This document shows, piece by piece, positions 12,947 through 26,217 of a stretch of DNA of 64,000 bases. How positions within the stretch are numbered: position 1 is the stretch's first letter; every line of letters starts with the position of its first letter. The position numbers and the translations under genes were made by a program. Source of the DNA: Sphyrna mokarran (lineage: Eukaryota); NCBI GenBank assembly GCA_024679065.1, contig JAGIQG010000007.1, positions 50,468,001-50,532,000 on the forward strand. Direction: 5' to 3'. The notes under the pieces are model-generated. The model made no database searches and had not been told where the DNA came from. It saw only the letters and a program-made list of their open reading frames with translations.

Positions 12947-13621
12947 CAACCTGATCTATAATGCAGAAATAGTCAAGTTCAGTTTAAAGTTAAAGAAATA
13001 ATCCAACTCGAATGTGATCTCTCAGACTTTCTGTTGTATGCTATTTTTTAAAGTGAAGTCTTCAGATTGGTCCTTACAGACTTACCTTAATGTATGATTC
13101 TAACTTATTGTTATTGCCAAATAAAGTTGTGGGCTGGACTGTGTTCAGCATCAGGCTTCTGTGAATAAATATTTCCAGCTCTTAGTCCCACATTCTAAAG
13201 CGGATGCCAGCATGAGTCAGAAACCAAACCATGACTTCATATTGAGTTCCCAGAGACTAGTATCTGTTGGAATGAGACATGAACTCAAAACTGCAAACCT
13301 ACACTTCATTAGTGATGCTTTCTTGCCATCCAATCTTGCTTTCTTAACTGAGTGTTCTGAGAAATTCCAGCAGCCCGATTTTTCAGTGCGATCACACATT
13401 CAGCCAAATTATGGCCCTTTAAAAGTGAAAACAGCAATCAGCACACCTATGGAATATTGCACTTCTTAATCCTTTTATGGATAAAAACAGGCAGGTCCAG
13501 AGTCATTTATGGGAATGGGGGAATTTGCAAGCATCGGGGCACTGGATTAGTAACAATAATACAACTCCAGTTGGATGACTTCTTTAAATTTAAATTAATT
13601 TCTGCATTATAGATCAGGTTA
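12947..13621. mobile_element. putative non-autonomous TIR element (MITE), TA-flanked
   Basis: aacctgatctataatgcagaaat (12948-) recurs as a perfect reverse complement ending at 13620; imperfect symmetry extends ~60-70 bp; TA at 12945-46 and 13622-23. Confidence 0.55.
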
Positions 13622-14109
13622 TATCCTGTCCTATTGTAAAATAAGTGAGTACCAGAGGTGTGCAGAGGGTGGTGGGGTAGTCAGCTTAATATGTATAGTG
13701 TGTCTAATGGCAGCAGGGAAGAAACTGTTCTTGAGTCGGTTGGTATATTATCATTTTCTTGACTGAAGAAGGTGGAAGAGAGTATATACAATTGCTTGGG
13801 ATCCTTGATAATGCTGGCTGCCTTTCTGATAAATTTTGTTCACTTGCTTAATTATTCATCTGATGTTATCAAAATGAATAGATTTCTACTTGAATAATGC
13901 AACCCACCTTAAATTAATGGAATGCTTGATATTTCTGTTGCCCTTTCCTGTTTAATGGGACAGTGCTGAATTTCCTGCTCTATGTTCCTCAATATTGCGT
14001 GTTTTTTGACATTTTATGTGTGGTGTGATATTCAGCCAAGCAGGCCAGAAGGTCCTTGGGCTTGGCTTAGTGAGTTCATTTGGAGCCTCTGCAGGTTTTT
14101 CTTTAATTT

Positions 14110-14510
14110 TGATTTTGATTTGATTTGATTTATTATTGGTATATTTATTATTGGGATATTGTGAAAAGTATCTTTTCTTGCGAACTGTATAGACAAAACA
14201 TATCATTCATAGAGTACATGGGAAGAAGAAAAGGAGAGGATGCAGAAATATAGTGTTACTGTTATAGCTAGGGTGTAGAGAAAGATCAGCTTAATATGTG
14301 ATAGGGCCATTTAACTGTCTAATGGTGGCTGGGAAAAAGCTGTTCTTGATTGGTTGGCACTCTATCTTTTTCCTGACTGAAGAAAGTGGAAGAGGGTATA
14401 CCCAGGTTGCTTGGGGCCCTTGATTCTGCTGGCTGCTTTTCTGAGGCAGTGAAAAGTGTAGATGGAGTCAATGGATGGAAGGTGGGCTCGGACTGAGTTC
14501 AGCACCCTGG
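14110..14510 (-). mobile_element. Rex1/Babar-like LINE 3' end (related pieces at ~13660-13830, 52530-52770 (+), 58645-58745)
   Basis: (tttga)n tail, then cagcttaatatg...gctgggaaaaagctgttcttg; the same sequence recurs at the listed sites. The family name is from recall. Confidence 0.55.
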
Positions 14511-14739
14511 GATAGGATTCCCAGTTAGTATTCAGGAATCATGCAACTAGTGACAAAATTCTTTTTCGTGTCAGTATCAGCTGCCAGAAAGACTTGCCAT
14601 CAATAAAAAATGAATCTCCAACTACCAACCAATTACATAATGATAAATAGTACCTTTCTGTTTCATGGCAGCAAAAGGCAGGTTTTATTTTCTTATTGTT
14701 CCATAAGAAATTCCAATTCTCGTCCTGTACTCTAGTGGC

Positions 14740-15022
14740 ACAGGTAAGGCAGACTTTTATCTTCCTGGAACAGAGTTTCTAGTCTGTGGCAAGATGCTTA
14801 TACCTAGAGAGGTACCACTCCACATTAAGCGTATCTGACCTGCTCCTACTCTTACTGCTAGCCACTGGCATGTTTGGAAGGATTTGTAAATCGACACACT
14901 CAATGAGTTTGGCCACATTAAGAATGCATCTTCCTTGCCTATCAAGACCTAGGGTGGTACTCAAACCTGGAGCTTCTGGCTCAAAAACAGGGATGCTATC
15001 CATGGTGTCACAAGACCTCCAT
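14740..15022 (-). mobile_element. tRNA-derived SINE
   Basis: Minus strand begins ggaggtcttgtgacaccatggatagcatccctg...ccaggtttgagtacc, a degenerate A/B-box tRNA head. Confidence 0.55.
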
Positions 15023-15869
15023 TCCATAAGAAAAATGTTTGTAAAATATGTTATGAAGTCAATGTATAATTTTACACACAATGCTTATGCTTGATGATAG
15101 TCCCTGACATCTGACTGATTAAGCGTACAGCAACTGGTCAACAATTGGAGAATTGTCTTTTCCGATGCACTGATAATATGTTAGTTTGTAGCCTGATTCT
15201 GACCTTCTTGGGGAATGGCCTAGGTCTCTCTGAATCCTGTGGCGTTCCACATTAGATTGCAGATTGTTTGGTATTTACTGCCTTCTGGTTCGTATGCATT
15301 TGTAACGCTTTATGAGTAATACATGTTCCATAGATGCTGAGATAGTATTTACAGTTATCCTGCAATTCTACATGCTTCGTATAAGTAGGCCAAAAGGATA
15401 TTTCCAGACTGGCAAGGGCTTTGAGATCTCACAACCTCCCTATGGACATCTGGACTGCTGCCACATTAGTTGAATAAAGGGACAAAGCCAGACAAGTACA
15501 GAAGTGTACTGTTCTGTCTTTCTGGTATCTGTCCCTGAGGGAGTGGTGGTTTTGTGGATCCAGTGTTGGATGCAGTATGTTGTATGTATTATCTTAGCCA
15601 GCCCTTATATATTTCTGTTGTGGGTGGTTGCAGCAATTCCATAATTTTCCTTCTCGTTGGAAAGCAGGGATGATGAGAAATAAAGAAACACAGCTATCAT
15701 TAGCAGCAAGATGGCCAAGGCCTCATTCCCAGGCTTTCTGTATGTGTTTTGATATGAAAACAAATAAGATACAATAGAGTTGGAGAAATATTCACAGAAA
15801 CTTGTGTTAGAATGGAAATACAGTTCCATGGAAGGAAACTCACGTTGCTTTATCTTGGAAGAATTTTAA

Positions 15870-16475
15870 AAAATGATGCTAAACAGAATTGACAGGGTAC
15901 ACATAGAGTTGATGTTTTCTCTTGTGGAGTAATCTAAAATAAGAAATTTTAGGATAAAGGATAGTAGATTTAAAACAGAGATAAGGAGAAATTACTTCTC
16001 TCAAAGGGTTGCGAATCTATGGGATTCACTATCTCAGAGTGCAGTGAATGCTAGGGCATTGAGTAAATTTAAGGAGTAAACAGACTGATTTTTAATTTCC
16101 AAGATTAAGTCTCACCAGTAGAGGAAAGAGGGCACATGTGATTCGCGCATAAGGAAACCCAAACTCAGCAGAACCATTTAAACTCAATGCTGGCTCCATT
16201 TTGTTGTTGAAAGTACCCTAGCCATAGGTTGAGAGTTATGAATCTATGAATTAGACACAACTGTTCTGAAGGTCTGTTTAGCGGTTATGATCTGAAGTTA
16301 TTTAAATTCCCAGCTGTTCAAACATGAAATATAATGGATAGAAGGATTATGCAGAATGGGCAGGAAAATGGAGCTGAGGTCATGATTAGGTAAGCTACAA
16401 TCATATTGAATGGTGGAACAGGCTTAAGGGGCTGAACTACCCACTCCTGCTCTTAGTTCTTATGTTATTATATTC
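15870..16475 (+). mobile_element. CR1 3' fragment interrupted by a ~240-bp inserted segment
   Basis: acttctctcaaagggttgcgaatct (FSQRV) before ~16094; the CR1 3' UTR (gggcaggaaaatggagctgagg...gggctgaactacccactcctgctc) resumes after ~16335. Confidence 0.8.
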
Positions 16476-16477
16476 TT

Positions 16478-16850
16478 AGTTCAAGTCCCACTCCTGAAAA
16501 CTGTATGTTAAATCTAGACCGATACTCTGGAAGATCCTGAAGGAATGTTGCAGTATCAGAAGTGCCAATATTCCAGATGAAATGTTGTACCAATGTTTTT
16601 TGTGCCATCTTGGAGGAAAGATCCTGTAGCACCGTTTAAAAGACAAGCAATGGAGTGATCCTGAACATCCAAATTGATATTTATTTCTCATTCAGCATCA
16701 CTGAAAAGTATGGACAGTCTTGTTATAATCAAATTGTATTCTCTTGTTTCTGAAATTACAACAGTGTGACTCTAATTCAAAACCACACATTTGGCAGGAA
16801 TTCAGTGTGCTTACCCTGAGGTTGCGAATAAATGTAAACCATTTTTCTGT
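16478..16850 (+). mobile_element. Deu-domain SINE (SacSINE1-like), old
   Basis: gttcaagtcccactcc head...gaaggaatgttgcagtatcagaagtgcc..cagatga...aaagatcctgtagcac matches the recalled Deu-SINE layout. Confidence 0.65.
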
Positions 16851-17064
16851 TCATTTTATTTTGAACTATGAATCCTAAGGTTAGTCCACCACAGACTTTT
16901 GACTAATTCTTCCATCATCGTTTCTCCTTCTCTCCCTTCTTGTATTCTGTTACGTCTGCTTTTAGATAAAGTGTGACCCATTTTTCATGGTGGTGGGTGC
17001 AACCCACAATTGGCCAACAGTGGGATTTTCTGGTCCTCCCATTTTCAATGCTGTTTTCATCTTT

Positions 17065-17290
17065 CTCTGTAATTGCCTCTCTCTATGTAACCTCTTCTAT
17101 CCCTGTGATCATTTTGATCTGTGATCTCTAGCTGTGTAATCTCCTGTCTCCATGATCTGTATCTGTGTAATCTCTATCTCTGTGACCTGTATCTGTGTAA
17201 TCACCTCTAAGTGTGTAATCACTATCTGTGTAATCTCCTTTTCTCTGTAATCACCTCTATCTGTGTAATCTCTACTTCTGTACTCTCCTT
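17065..17290. repeat. degenerate minisatellite (tctgtgtaatc-based)
   Basis: Repeated tctgtgtaatc/tctgtgatc units with variable spacers. Confidence 0.75.
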
Positions 17291-17487
17291 CTTGCCCTTC
17301 TCTTCCTGTGGAGGTAAGGAAATGTAACTCTTTCCCCTCTTCCAGTTCCTTTAGAGTGAGATAAATCTTTCTCTCTGGAATCTGTTATGTCAGTGTTGGA
17401 AGGATTAAGGTTCAGTGCTTAGAATTACTGTGTAAGGAAGGATGTATATGATGAGATATATTTGAGACCATACAAAGTTCTTAAATT

Positions 17488-19100
17488 CATAAAACATAGG
17501 AACAGAATTAGGCAATTCAGCCAATCAAATCTGCTCTGTCATTCAATCGTGGGTGATTTGTTTCTCATCCCCATTTTCCTGCCTTTTCCCCATCACCTTC
17601 AACACATTACCAATTAAAAATTTGTCTAACTCCTTTAATCTACTCACTGTACCAGCATCCACCACACTTTGGTGTAACGAACTCTACAGATTCACAACCG
17701 TTTGGGAGAAGTAGTTTCTTCTCAATTCTGTTTTGAATGTTACCCCTTATCCTAAGACTATGACTTCTCATCTTAGAATGCCCCACAAGAGAAAGCACCT
17801 GCTCCGTGCCCTCTTTATCAATACCTTTCATCATTTTGTATACCTCAATTTGACCTTTCTTCATTTTTTAAAAAATTCTTCTAAATTCCAGAGCTTAAAT
17901 CTCTCTTCTATAACAAATCCCTCATCTCTTGAATCAATCTAGTCAATCTCCTCTGAACTGCTTCCAATTCCAGTACATCTTGTCTCAATTAAGACCAAAA
18001 CCACACCCAATATTCCAGATGTGGCCTTACCAATGTCTTGTTGCAATAATACTTCCTTACCTTTATATACTGTTCCTTTAGCTATAATGCCAATATTCTA
18101 TTCACTTTCTTTATTATCTATTGTACCTGCGCGCTAGTTTTCTGTGACTCATGAACAAGGACACCCAGATCCCTCTGCACCGGAGCACCTCAAAGTCTCC
18201 TCCCATTTAGATTTCCCATTTTTCTGACCAAAGTGCATGACCTTGCATGTATCCACATTAAACTCCATCTGAAACATTTTGGCCCATCCTCCATTTGTAA
18301 GATTCTTATTTCCTCATTGCAACTTACTGTCCTACTTATTTCTGTATCATCTGCAAATTTGGCTTCTATCCCTGTATCCAAGCCATTAATATACATATAA
18401 ATAGCTGTGGCACCCCACTAGTTAAAAAACTCATTTATCATGACTCTCTGTATTCTGTCCATTGGCCAGTCAGTTATCCAAGCTAATAAGTTACCCCAAA
18501 TCCCATGTAATCTAACTGTGTGAACTTTTGTGTGGAACCTTATCAAATGGCTTCAGGAAGTCCAGATGAATTACATTTATAGGATCCCCAGTATCCATTT
18601 TGCTTATTACATCTTCAAAGAACTCTAGCAAATTAGTCAAACATTATTTATCCTTCATAAAACCATGCTGACTCTGAAGGTTAGTGTTTTGACTTTCTAA
18701 ATGTCCTAATATTGCTTCCTTGATAATTGATTCTAATACTTTTCCAACAACAGATGTTAAATTAACTGGTCTGTAATTTCCCAATTTTGCCTCCCACTCT
18801 TTTAGAATAAGAGCAATTATATTAGCAATATTAGCAATTTTCCAATCCACTGGAACCATTTCCTGTCCAGGGAATTTTGGAATATTATAACCAATTGACC
18901 CACTATCTCTGCCGCCATGTCATTTAATGCCCAAGGATGTAGGCCACGAGGCCCAGGGGACTTACCTGCCCTCAATCCCAATAGTTTACTGAGTACCTTT
19001 TCCCTATCAATGTTGATTGATTTACTTTTCTATTATCTCTGACTTGCCTGTTCCTAGTGGTACTAGTGTCCTCCATGATGAAAATTGAGGCAAAATATTG
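17488..19100 (-). mobile_element. CR1 LINE, decayed
   Basis: NYRPVNLTSVVGKVLE, QHGF and KFADD on the minus strand; 3' tail cataaaacataggaacag. Confidence 0.9.
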
Positions 19101-20269
19101 ATTTAGCTATCCTTCTTGATATTTTGTTGTAAGATTGAGTTTGGGACAGTGCACCCCAGATTTTCAGTCAAAGTGATTGTATGACAGCTATATATACCTT
19201 GCCAGGAAAATCGGTCCCATTCTGCACTGGAGAGTTATTCCTGCAAGCATCTATTTCACAATCTCCAGACATGTTTAGATCATGATAATTGGTAATTAGC
19301 CCCAAACTTTCAAGGTAAAAGTCGACTTTTAAACATATCTTTCAGTGCTGCATCCATTTCATAGCTGTTTTCAGCCTCAAAATAGCTCCTAAAGTTTTTC
19401 AAATATTATTTTGGACATATTTTTTCAAGAGTCATGCAATGAAACATAACCATTCTTTTGACATTAGCGGGTATTTCCTTTATTGTCACCATTCAGGATA
19501 GAATACACTTAAACCGTTGCTCAATCTTAACCCATTGATTTCAATGTAGTTGATTGAATTATTAGAAAGTAATTCTAAGCTGTGATTTGGACAGATGTTT
19601 AATGGAATTCCATTCTACCTCAGTGAGGTAGAGCCAACTCGTTGGACCATATGAATCCAAGGCATGAATTGATGGGGGCCAAGCAGAGCAGAGTGGATAG
19701 GGTGGTTATAGACTAGGGGCTGGGAAGGAGGGGCATGTAAAATGGGTAATGCAGCTAGATTAGTGAGGGTGGAGTCAGAGATTCTGTGGAGCTTTAAAAA
19801 TGGCTGGCAGGAATTGGATAAAGAAATCTCAGCCCAATTTCCAGAGATCCAAATTTTGCCAGTAGGGGAAAGAGAGCAGGATGTAATTCACACAAGGAAG
19901 CACAAACTGAGCAGAACCATTTGAACTCAACGCTGGCTCCACTTTGTTTAATGTAAGTGCCCCAACCCACAGGCTGAGCATTATAATTTATGAATTAGAC
20001 ATAAACACTCTTAAAGGTCTGTTTAGCTATCATGATCTGAAATTATTAAATTCCCAGCCCTTTAAATATGAAATATAACCATAGGCTACAATGATTGAGA
20101 GATAAATTCTGTATTGCTTTGATTGCTAGGCCAGGTCAACAGTTTCACTAGTCAGTTGTGACATATTTAAAAAAGGTGGAGAGAAAACAGAATTATAGAC
20201 CAGTAGGGGGGCAAGTACTGTAGAATCCATTATCAAAGATTTTACAGCAAAGCAGTTGGAAAACAGGTG

Positions 20270-22145
20270 TCTGGATCTGGAGTTAATAATGCCTTACTGA
20301 ACTGAATAGTTTAGTCTGCTCATCATCCATGCAAGAGTCTGCAAGGACGTGTGTATCTCAGGCGCAATGATAGAAGCTGACAACTCTGGACGGATCAGCA
20401 TCCAATCTGCGTCTCCAAAGCACTGACGGTATCAGAAACAATGCTGCAGGAAAATCAATGTTGAGACACTCAGACTCAAAGCTGGCATCTTGCTGCCAAT
20501 CTGACGATTCCCAGTGATCCAGAGACACTAAACGTCCACAGTAGCTGTCTCAAGGCCTCCACATTAGCACTATGAAGAGATGCTTGGCCACTCAACCAGA
20601 ACACACAAAAGTTGTTCGATGAGAACGACCATGAGTTCCAGCAGCTGATAAGCCACAAGCTTTTCTAAAGCTGAAACAACCACCTAACTTGAGAGCAAGG
20701 ACGCAACTCTAGAGATCGTTCAAGGCTGAGATCCAGCAAAAAAAATCCCCTGCAACCTTAAAAACAGATAGTGAGTGGAGAAAATGCATGAGATCTAGCA
20801 GTCACCCATGACAAGGTGATTCTGTCTTCATGAGTGTCCTCCCCACAGCGTGCTACCCATCACCATTTTGGCACAATCCTAGCCATGAACTAGGTACAAA
20901 AGGTCACCCAACAGCTAAAGAATAACACAGAGATGGAATTCCTGCTAAAACATAGTAGTAAAGCATTATTGGTGCAAATACATGACTTTATTTCCCTTAT
21001 CTAGAAAGAGAACATGCCAGGAGATCTCAGATACCAAGTACAGTAACTACAGAAAAGTTTCACTGCTGTCAGCCACAAAGGAGGTCATTGCAAGAATCTT
21101 CCTTGGTTCCTTGTCCCTCTGCCTGAAAAGATCCTCCCAAAGTTGCAATGCCAAACGGCACAACAGACATGATCTTCACTATGTGGCAATGAGAGAAATA
21201 CAGGGAACAGCACCAATCCTTGTACCTTGACCTCACAAAGGCTTTTAACACCGTCAATCATAAGTGATTATGGAGTGCACTTGAGTTTTGGCTGCCCCAA
21301 AAGTTTACCACCTTTCTCTGCCTGCTCTACGATGCCACAAAAGCAGTGATCCTAATGAATGGATCCACGACACACCCAATTTATGTTTGAACTAGGGTCA
21401 AGGATGTAGCATCACACTAGCCCTCCTCTGGATATTCCTTGCTGCAATGCTCCATCTCACCCCCAGCAAGCCCCATCCGGGCTCACATCTGGAATACTTT
21501 CTGATTTGGTCTATTTAGATGGTAATGTTACAAAGACATATATAAAACTGCAGGATCTAATGAGAACCTCGCCTATCCTTTATCTGACTTAAGAGGTGGA
21601 GCTAAACCACAAAACAAGTGGGAATTGGTTCAACCATTGCTGCACGCAGACTGAATCCAAGGTCATCCCATCCTCCGTCATTGAACTACAGTATAAACAC
21701 ATCACATGCATCTGCACACACTTGAAGGCTGAACTCCAAGTCATTCTTATATTTTCTCTGAAGTCTATAAGACTATGGGCCTTACACTAAACATCTGTAA
21801 GAAAAAGGTACTCCATCAACTGACAGGCAAGCTACATTGTTCACATACTTGACACAAGTTTCCTGAAAAAATCTTGGAGCTTCAACACAACAAACGAGTC
21901 CCAGGAGGGCAGAAAAAGCACTTCAAGAGGACTATCAAATCTTTCTTGACAAAGTGTAATGTCCCCACCTACATCTGGGACTCCCTAGACTAAGACTGCT
22001 ATAAGTGGAAGAATAATACCCGAGTCCCTCAAGCTTTATCACCGAGAGCAAGCCGAAACCAAGCATGGTCCGTGAAAGGAACATGTGACAACCCAAGCAC
22101 CCCGACCACTTGTTCCTCCAACCACAGTCTATTCCATCTGTGGAA
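20270..22145 (+). mobile_element. RTE-clade LINE, highly decayed
   Basis: YLDLTKAFNTVN (~21223-21258), GVK-GC remnant (~21395) and C-terminal PGGQKKHFK (~21900), typical of RTE ORF2. Confidence 0.7.
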
Positions 22146-25100
22146 GGTCACTTTAAATCAGGTAGTTAGATTCACAGATGTGTCTTTTAGTGACAGGAAA
22201 GCAAGAAGGGGTTAAATTATTTTTTATAAAAAGTTAATATTGACAGCTTGCTCACATGTGAATGCAATAATAGTATTAAAACAAATTAATATATACTTTA
22301 AAATCATATTTAAGTATTGAATGCATTTTAATGTGTGAAATGTATAGTTTGTCTTAGTCAAAAGAACTGATGCTGCAAAAACGTAATGCAAAGGTTAAAA
22401 GTTTAAGGTTGGTAATCCATTAGTGAGCACTATAAGTTTAATGTCTCAAGTGTAACATTATAGTGGCATACATTGGCCAGAAAACAACAGAGTGCATTTC
22501 TTAGGCCCAGAAAAACACATCTCTCTCTGTCTTGGTGATGTGTCCATAGCTATAGTGTTATGACGCAGAGGTGATTTTTCCCTCTGCGCAATTTTGGAAC
22601 CACTCAAATACCTTGCCTTGTAATCTTGTGTATGTGTTAGGGAGTAGGAAGCTACTGGTTTTGGTAAATTAAAGCAGGATCTGACAGTGTCATGAATAAT
22701 TGATAGGTCTTTATTCATTTTTAAAACTGGTAACAATAAGTCAACTGAATAAAATTTAAACAAATGTCTTTAGGAAACACAAACTTTCTCTGGTGATGCT
22801 CACATCTGGAATACTTTCTGATTTGGTCTATTTAGATGGTATGTTATGAAGACATATATAAAACTGGAGGATCTAAAGAGAGCCTTGCCTATCCTTCATC
22901 TGACTTCAGAGGTGGCAAACATACTCTATTCCCGCTTGTATGGCTTTATATACCTGGAATTATCTCACAGTATTCCTGTAATCTGAGTGGCTTGAGACTG
23001 TCAACAAACTTCACATTTGCATTCAACTGGTTTGGAGTCTCCATGTGCTTGCTTTAAATTCATTGGTTCAATTCAAAAACCTGTTTTGCTATGTTGGAAC
23101 AATAACAATAACGTTGGGTACAAGTGTTGCAAACCTGCTTCTGCAGTTTAAAATTTACAGAAAGACACATACATTTTTAAACTAGCAATGCTATCTGATT
23201 TTTGTATTTTCTTTGCATTTCTTTTCACTATTTACATTTTCAAACACCAGAGTTTTAACCTTACATATGCAACTTCATAACAATAGCAACAAGGAAGTGG
23301 GTTTAGCCAAAATTGGAAGATATTTGGAATTAAGTAGGTGAATGCAATATACTGATATTGTGTATAGTGACATATTGCAATTGACTGATGTACTTTGTCA
23401 GAAACTGGACTGACACGCTAACGCTAAATGTAACTGATTCTAAGTTAATGAGGTGTATCTCGGATGATGAAAGGTATAATTGTTCAGCATTTTAGCAGAA
23501 AGTCTCAGATCTCAGAGATTCACAGCCCTAAACCTAAGCTGTCTGGCCCTCTGGAGGCCTCCGAACACCATACTTTAATGTCTTCTTTGCTTTGTATGAA
23601 TTTTGCATTTAAAATAATTTTTGGTTACATCTTTTGAACAGGGACTTTGCCTTTTGCGAGTTTTTAATAGAGTCTAAGTTTTTAGACATCAGCCATCTTT
23701 TAAAAGAAAACCTCCACTGCACCATCCGTGACAGAGACTAAGTCATGCTTTAGACTCTTCTGTCACCTGAAAACTCATTTTTACTGCAAGAAGCAAGCCA
23801 TTCTTGATTCCAAGGGATTGCCAAAAAGCTCCCTATCATCTGTCAACTTCAGAGACAAGGAGTGCTGCCAGATGGAATACTATGTACACTGCTTCTGCTG
23901 GAAATTCTGCACCATTGCCTATAGACTGCTTCAACATGGCATGTCTATTTAATCTTTTAATGTAAGCATCACTGGAAAAGTGAATTATACAGCACTGGTT
24001 TTCAACACACTTACCTCAGTGAACGAATAACTCATTGGACTTTGATTCTGGACACAGGAAGCCATATAAAACAAGACATATTTTCTCCGTGATCTCTGTA
24101 CTGCAAAATCTTCATACCACCCCTTTCTTCACTGTATGAATGCAAGGTTGCAACATCCTTTGTGATTAGTGTGCAAATGAACTAACTCTTTCGAGTTCAT
24201 CCTAGTTAGAGTTTGCTGTGAGGTTAATAGAAAATTGAATCATACCCAAATTGGTAAATAGGCCACTGCTTACAAAGGTAAATAAATCAAAATACCTTTG
24301 TTTACAGATAGGCGGCAAAAAGTTAATCCTGTCCTGCAGGCCATTAACAAGTTGAATTCTGTTGTGTGTCTTGCTACTGTCACCCCTCTACAGCTACCTT
24401 TTCATCCCATTTTCCCCCATCTTTTCTAAATGTTACATTCTGCAATATTTAATTCCCCATCTGATTTTTCTGTAACCATGTCTCAGGAATCCTTCCCATG
24501 TCTGATTTCTCCCAACACATAGTTGACTCCTGTCCTTTTGTTTCATTATAGATATCATGTGCATTCAGTACAGATGTACTTTCACTACGCCCATACTGCT
24601 GCCACTGTTGGAATCATTTCACAGGAGGCAATTCAGCTCACCCTGATGCTCCACAGAATACTCCTTTGCTTGGTCTTGTAGCCCTGAAAATATATTTCCT
24701 GTTCCTAGGTCTTTCTGAAATCATCATTTTCCACATTCACCACCCTGACTGGCAGAGAGCTCCAGGTCATTACATTGCTATAGTAACAGGTTCTTCTTCA
24801 CATTTCCTCTACACCTCCTGTTCAACATTTCCACTGCAACCCTTCATCTTTGTACAATCGGCTAATGGGAAAAGTTTTTCTTTGTCTGAGCCTGTCATAA
24901 TCTTGTACACCTTGACTCTCAGGAAACACAAAACAAAATATGGTTTGCCTTACAAAATAATGGGCCGATATGGCCTTTCTCTAGGAAATCCATTTTGTGT
25001 ACATAAAACGTAATGATCAGATAGATGACTAGCTAAGTCAGATATAGGCGGCTTTATTCCCTTCAAAATGATCAAGTACCACGATCCAAATTAAACCCTC

Positions 25101-26217
25101 AAATTGGAGCACACTGTATCAGACTGTAGCCATTGCATACTATTCGTGCACCAAATAACCTGGAAGGTAATTTACAGATAAATCTCAACTTTTTGAGCAG
25201 TAATTAATGGTTGACCCATTCTCATAGCCCTTTCCAATTAGATAATTCAGTTAATCTTTTGGCTTCTAAATAGTTCAGATTTTTCATTTCCTAAAATACA
25301 ACTCACAAATGGTTTATCAATTGTCTTGACAATTGTTTCATACATCTAAACACACTCATCTCTAAACAGATTGAACTCTATTTATTTTGCCAACTGCAGC
25401 AACACTGGAGAAGACATGCATATCAATTATTTTGCACTGTACATCCTTGCTCCATATTGACGCTCAGGTGCAATGAAGTTTCTGTGACACCCTGCAAAAA
25501 AAACTCCAAACTGATTATCTTTCATAATTAATGAATTAAGGCAGGCCTCAGAGAAAAAGAATTGTCAAAAAAAATCCTTAGATATGCATGTCATTTTCAT
25601 CATTCGAGTTAGGTCTTTGTAGACTTCTAAAATTTGATACTAACCATAGGTAGAAGCTAATTGTAGAAGTGTCAAGATAAAATGCTGAAGCCAAACTAAA
25701 TATGCAAGATCCATCACTACCTAGGAAATCATTTAATTTCTCTCAATGACTAGAACTTGAAGTGACATAGGAACAGCGACTTGGGATTGGTCCTTCTAAT
25801 TAAAAATCAGTAATTGCATTCAACTGGCATAATGACTGGTGTGCAAAGTGGCAGTAAAGGAATAGCTGCAAAACCCCAGCACATTGCTCAAGTATTAAGT
25901 ACATTTTGCTCCATGACAAAGTTATAGCTATCCTGGAAATGTTTGAATTGGACAAGGGAACAAAATAGAAAGTGTTAAACCCCTGGTGTTGACATGTCCT
26001 GTTCTGATACCCTCAGCCTAATGCTTACATATATTAATGGTGACCTACAGAATTATAGAGATACTAAAACACAAAAGATTGTTGAAGCAATGTGTTGGTA
26101 TTAACATGCAAATAACAATCTCAATCCAATTCTTTCAACCATTTAGAATTCCTGTTCCCACAAGACACTATAGTACATCATACATTTGTTGTCTTATGTC
26201 TCAATTCTGCAGTTATA

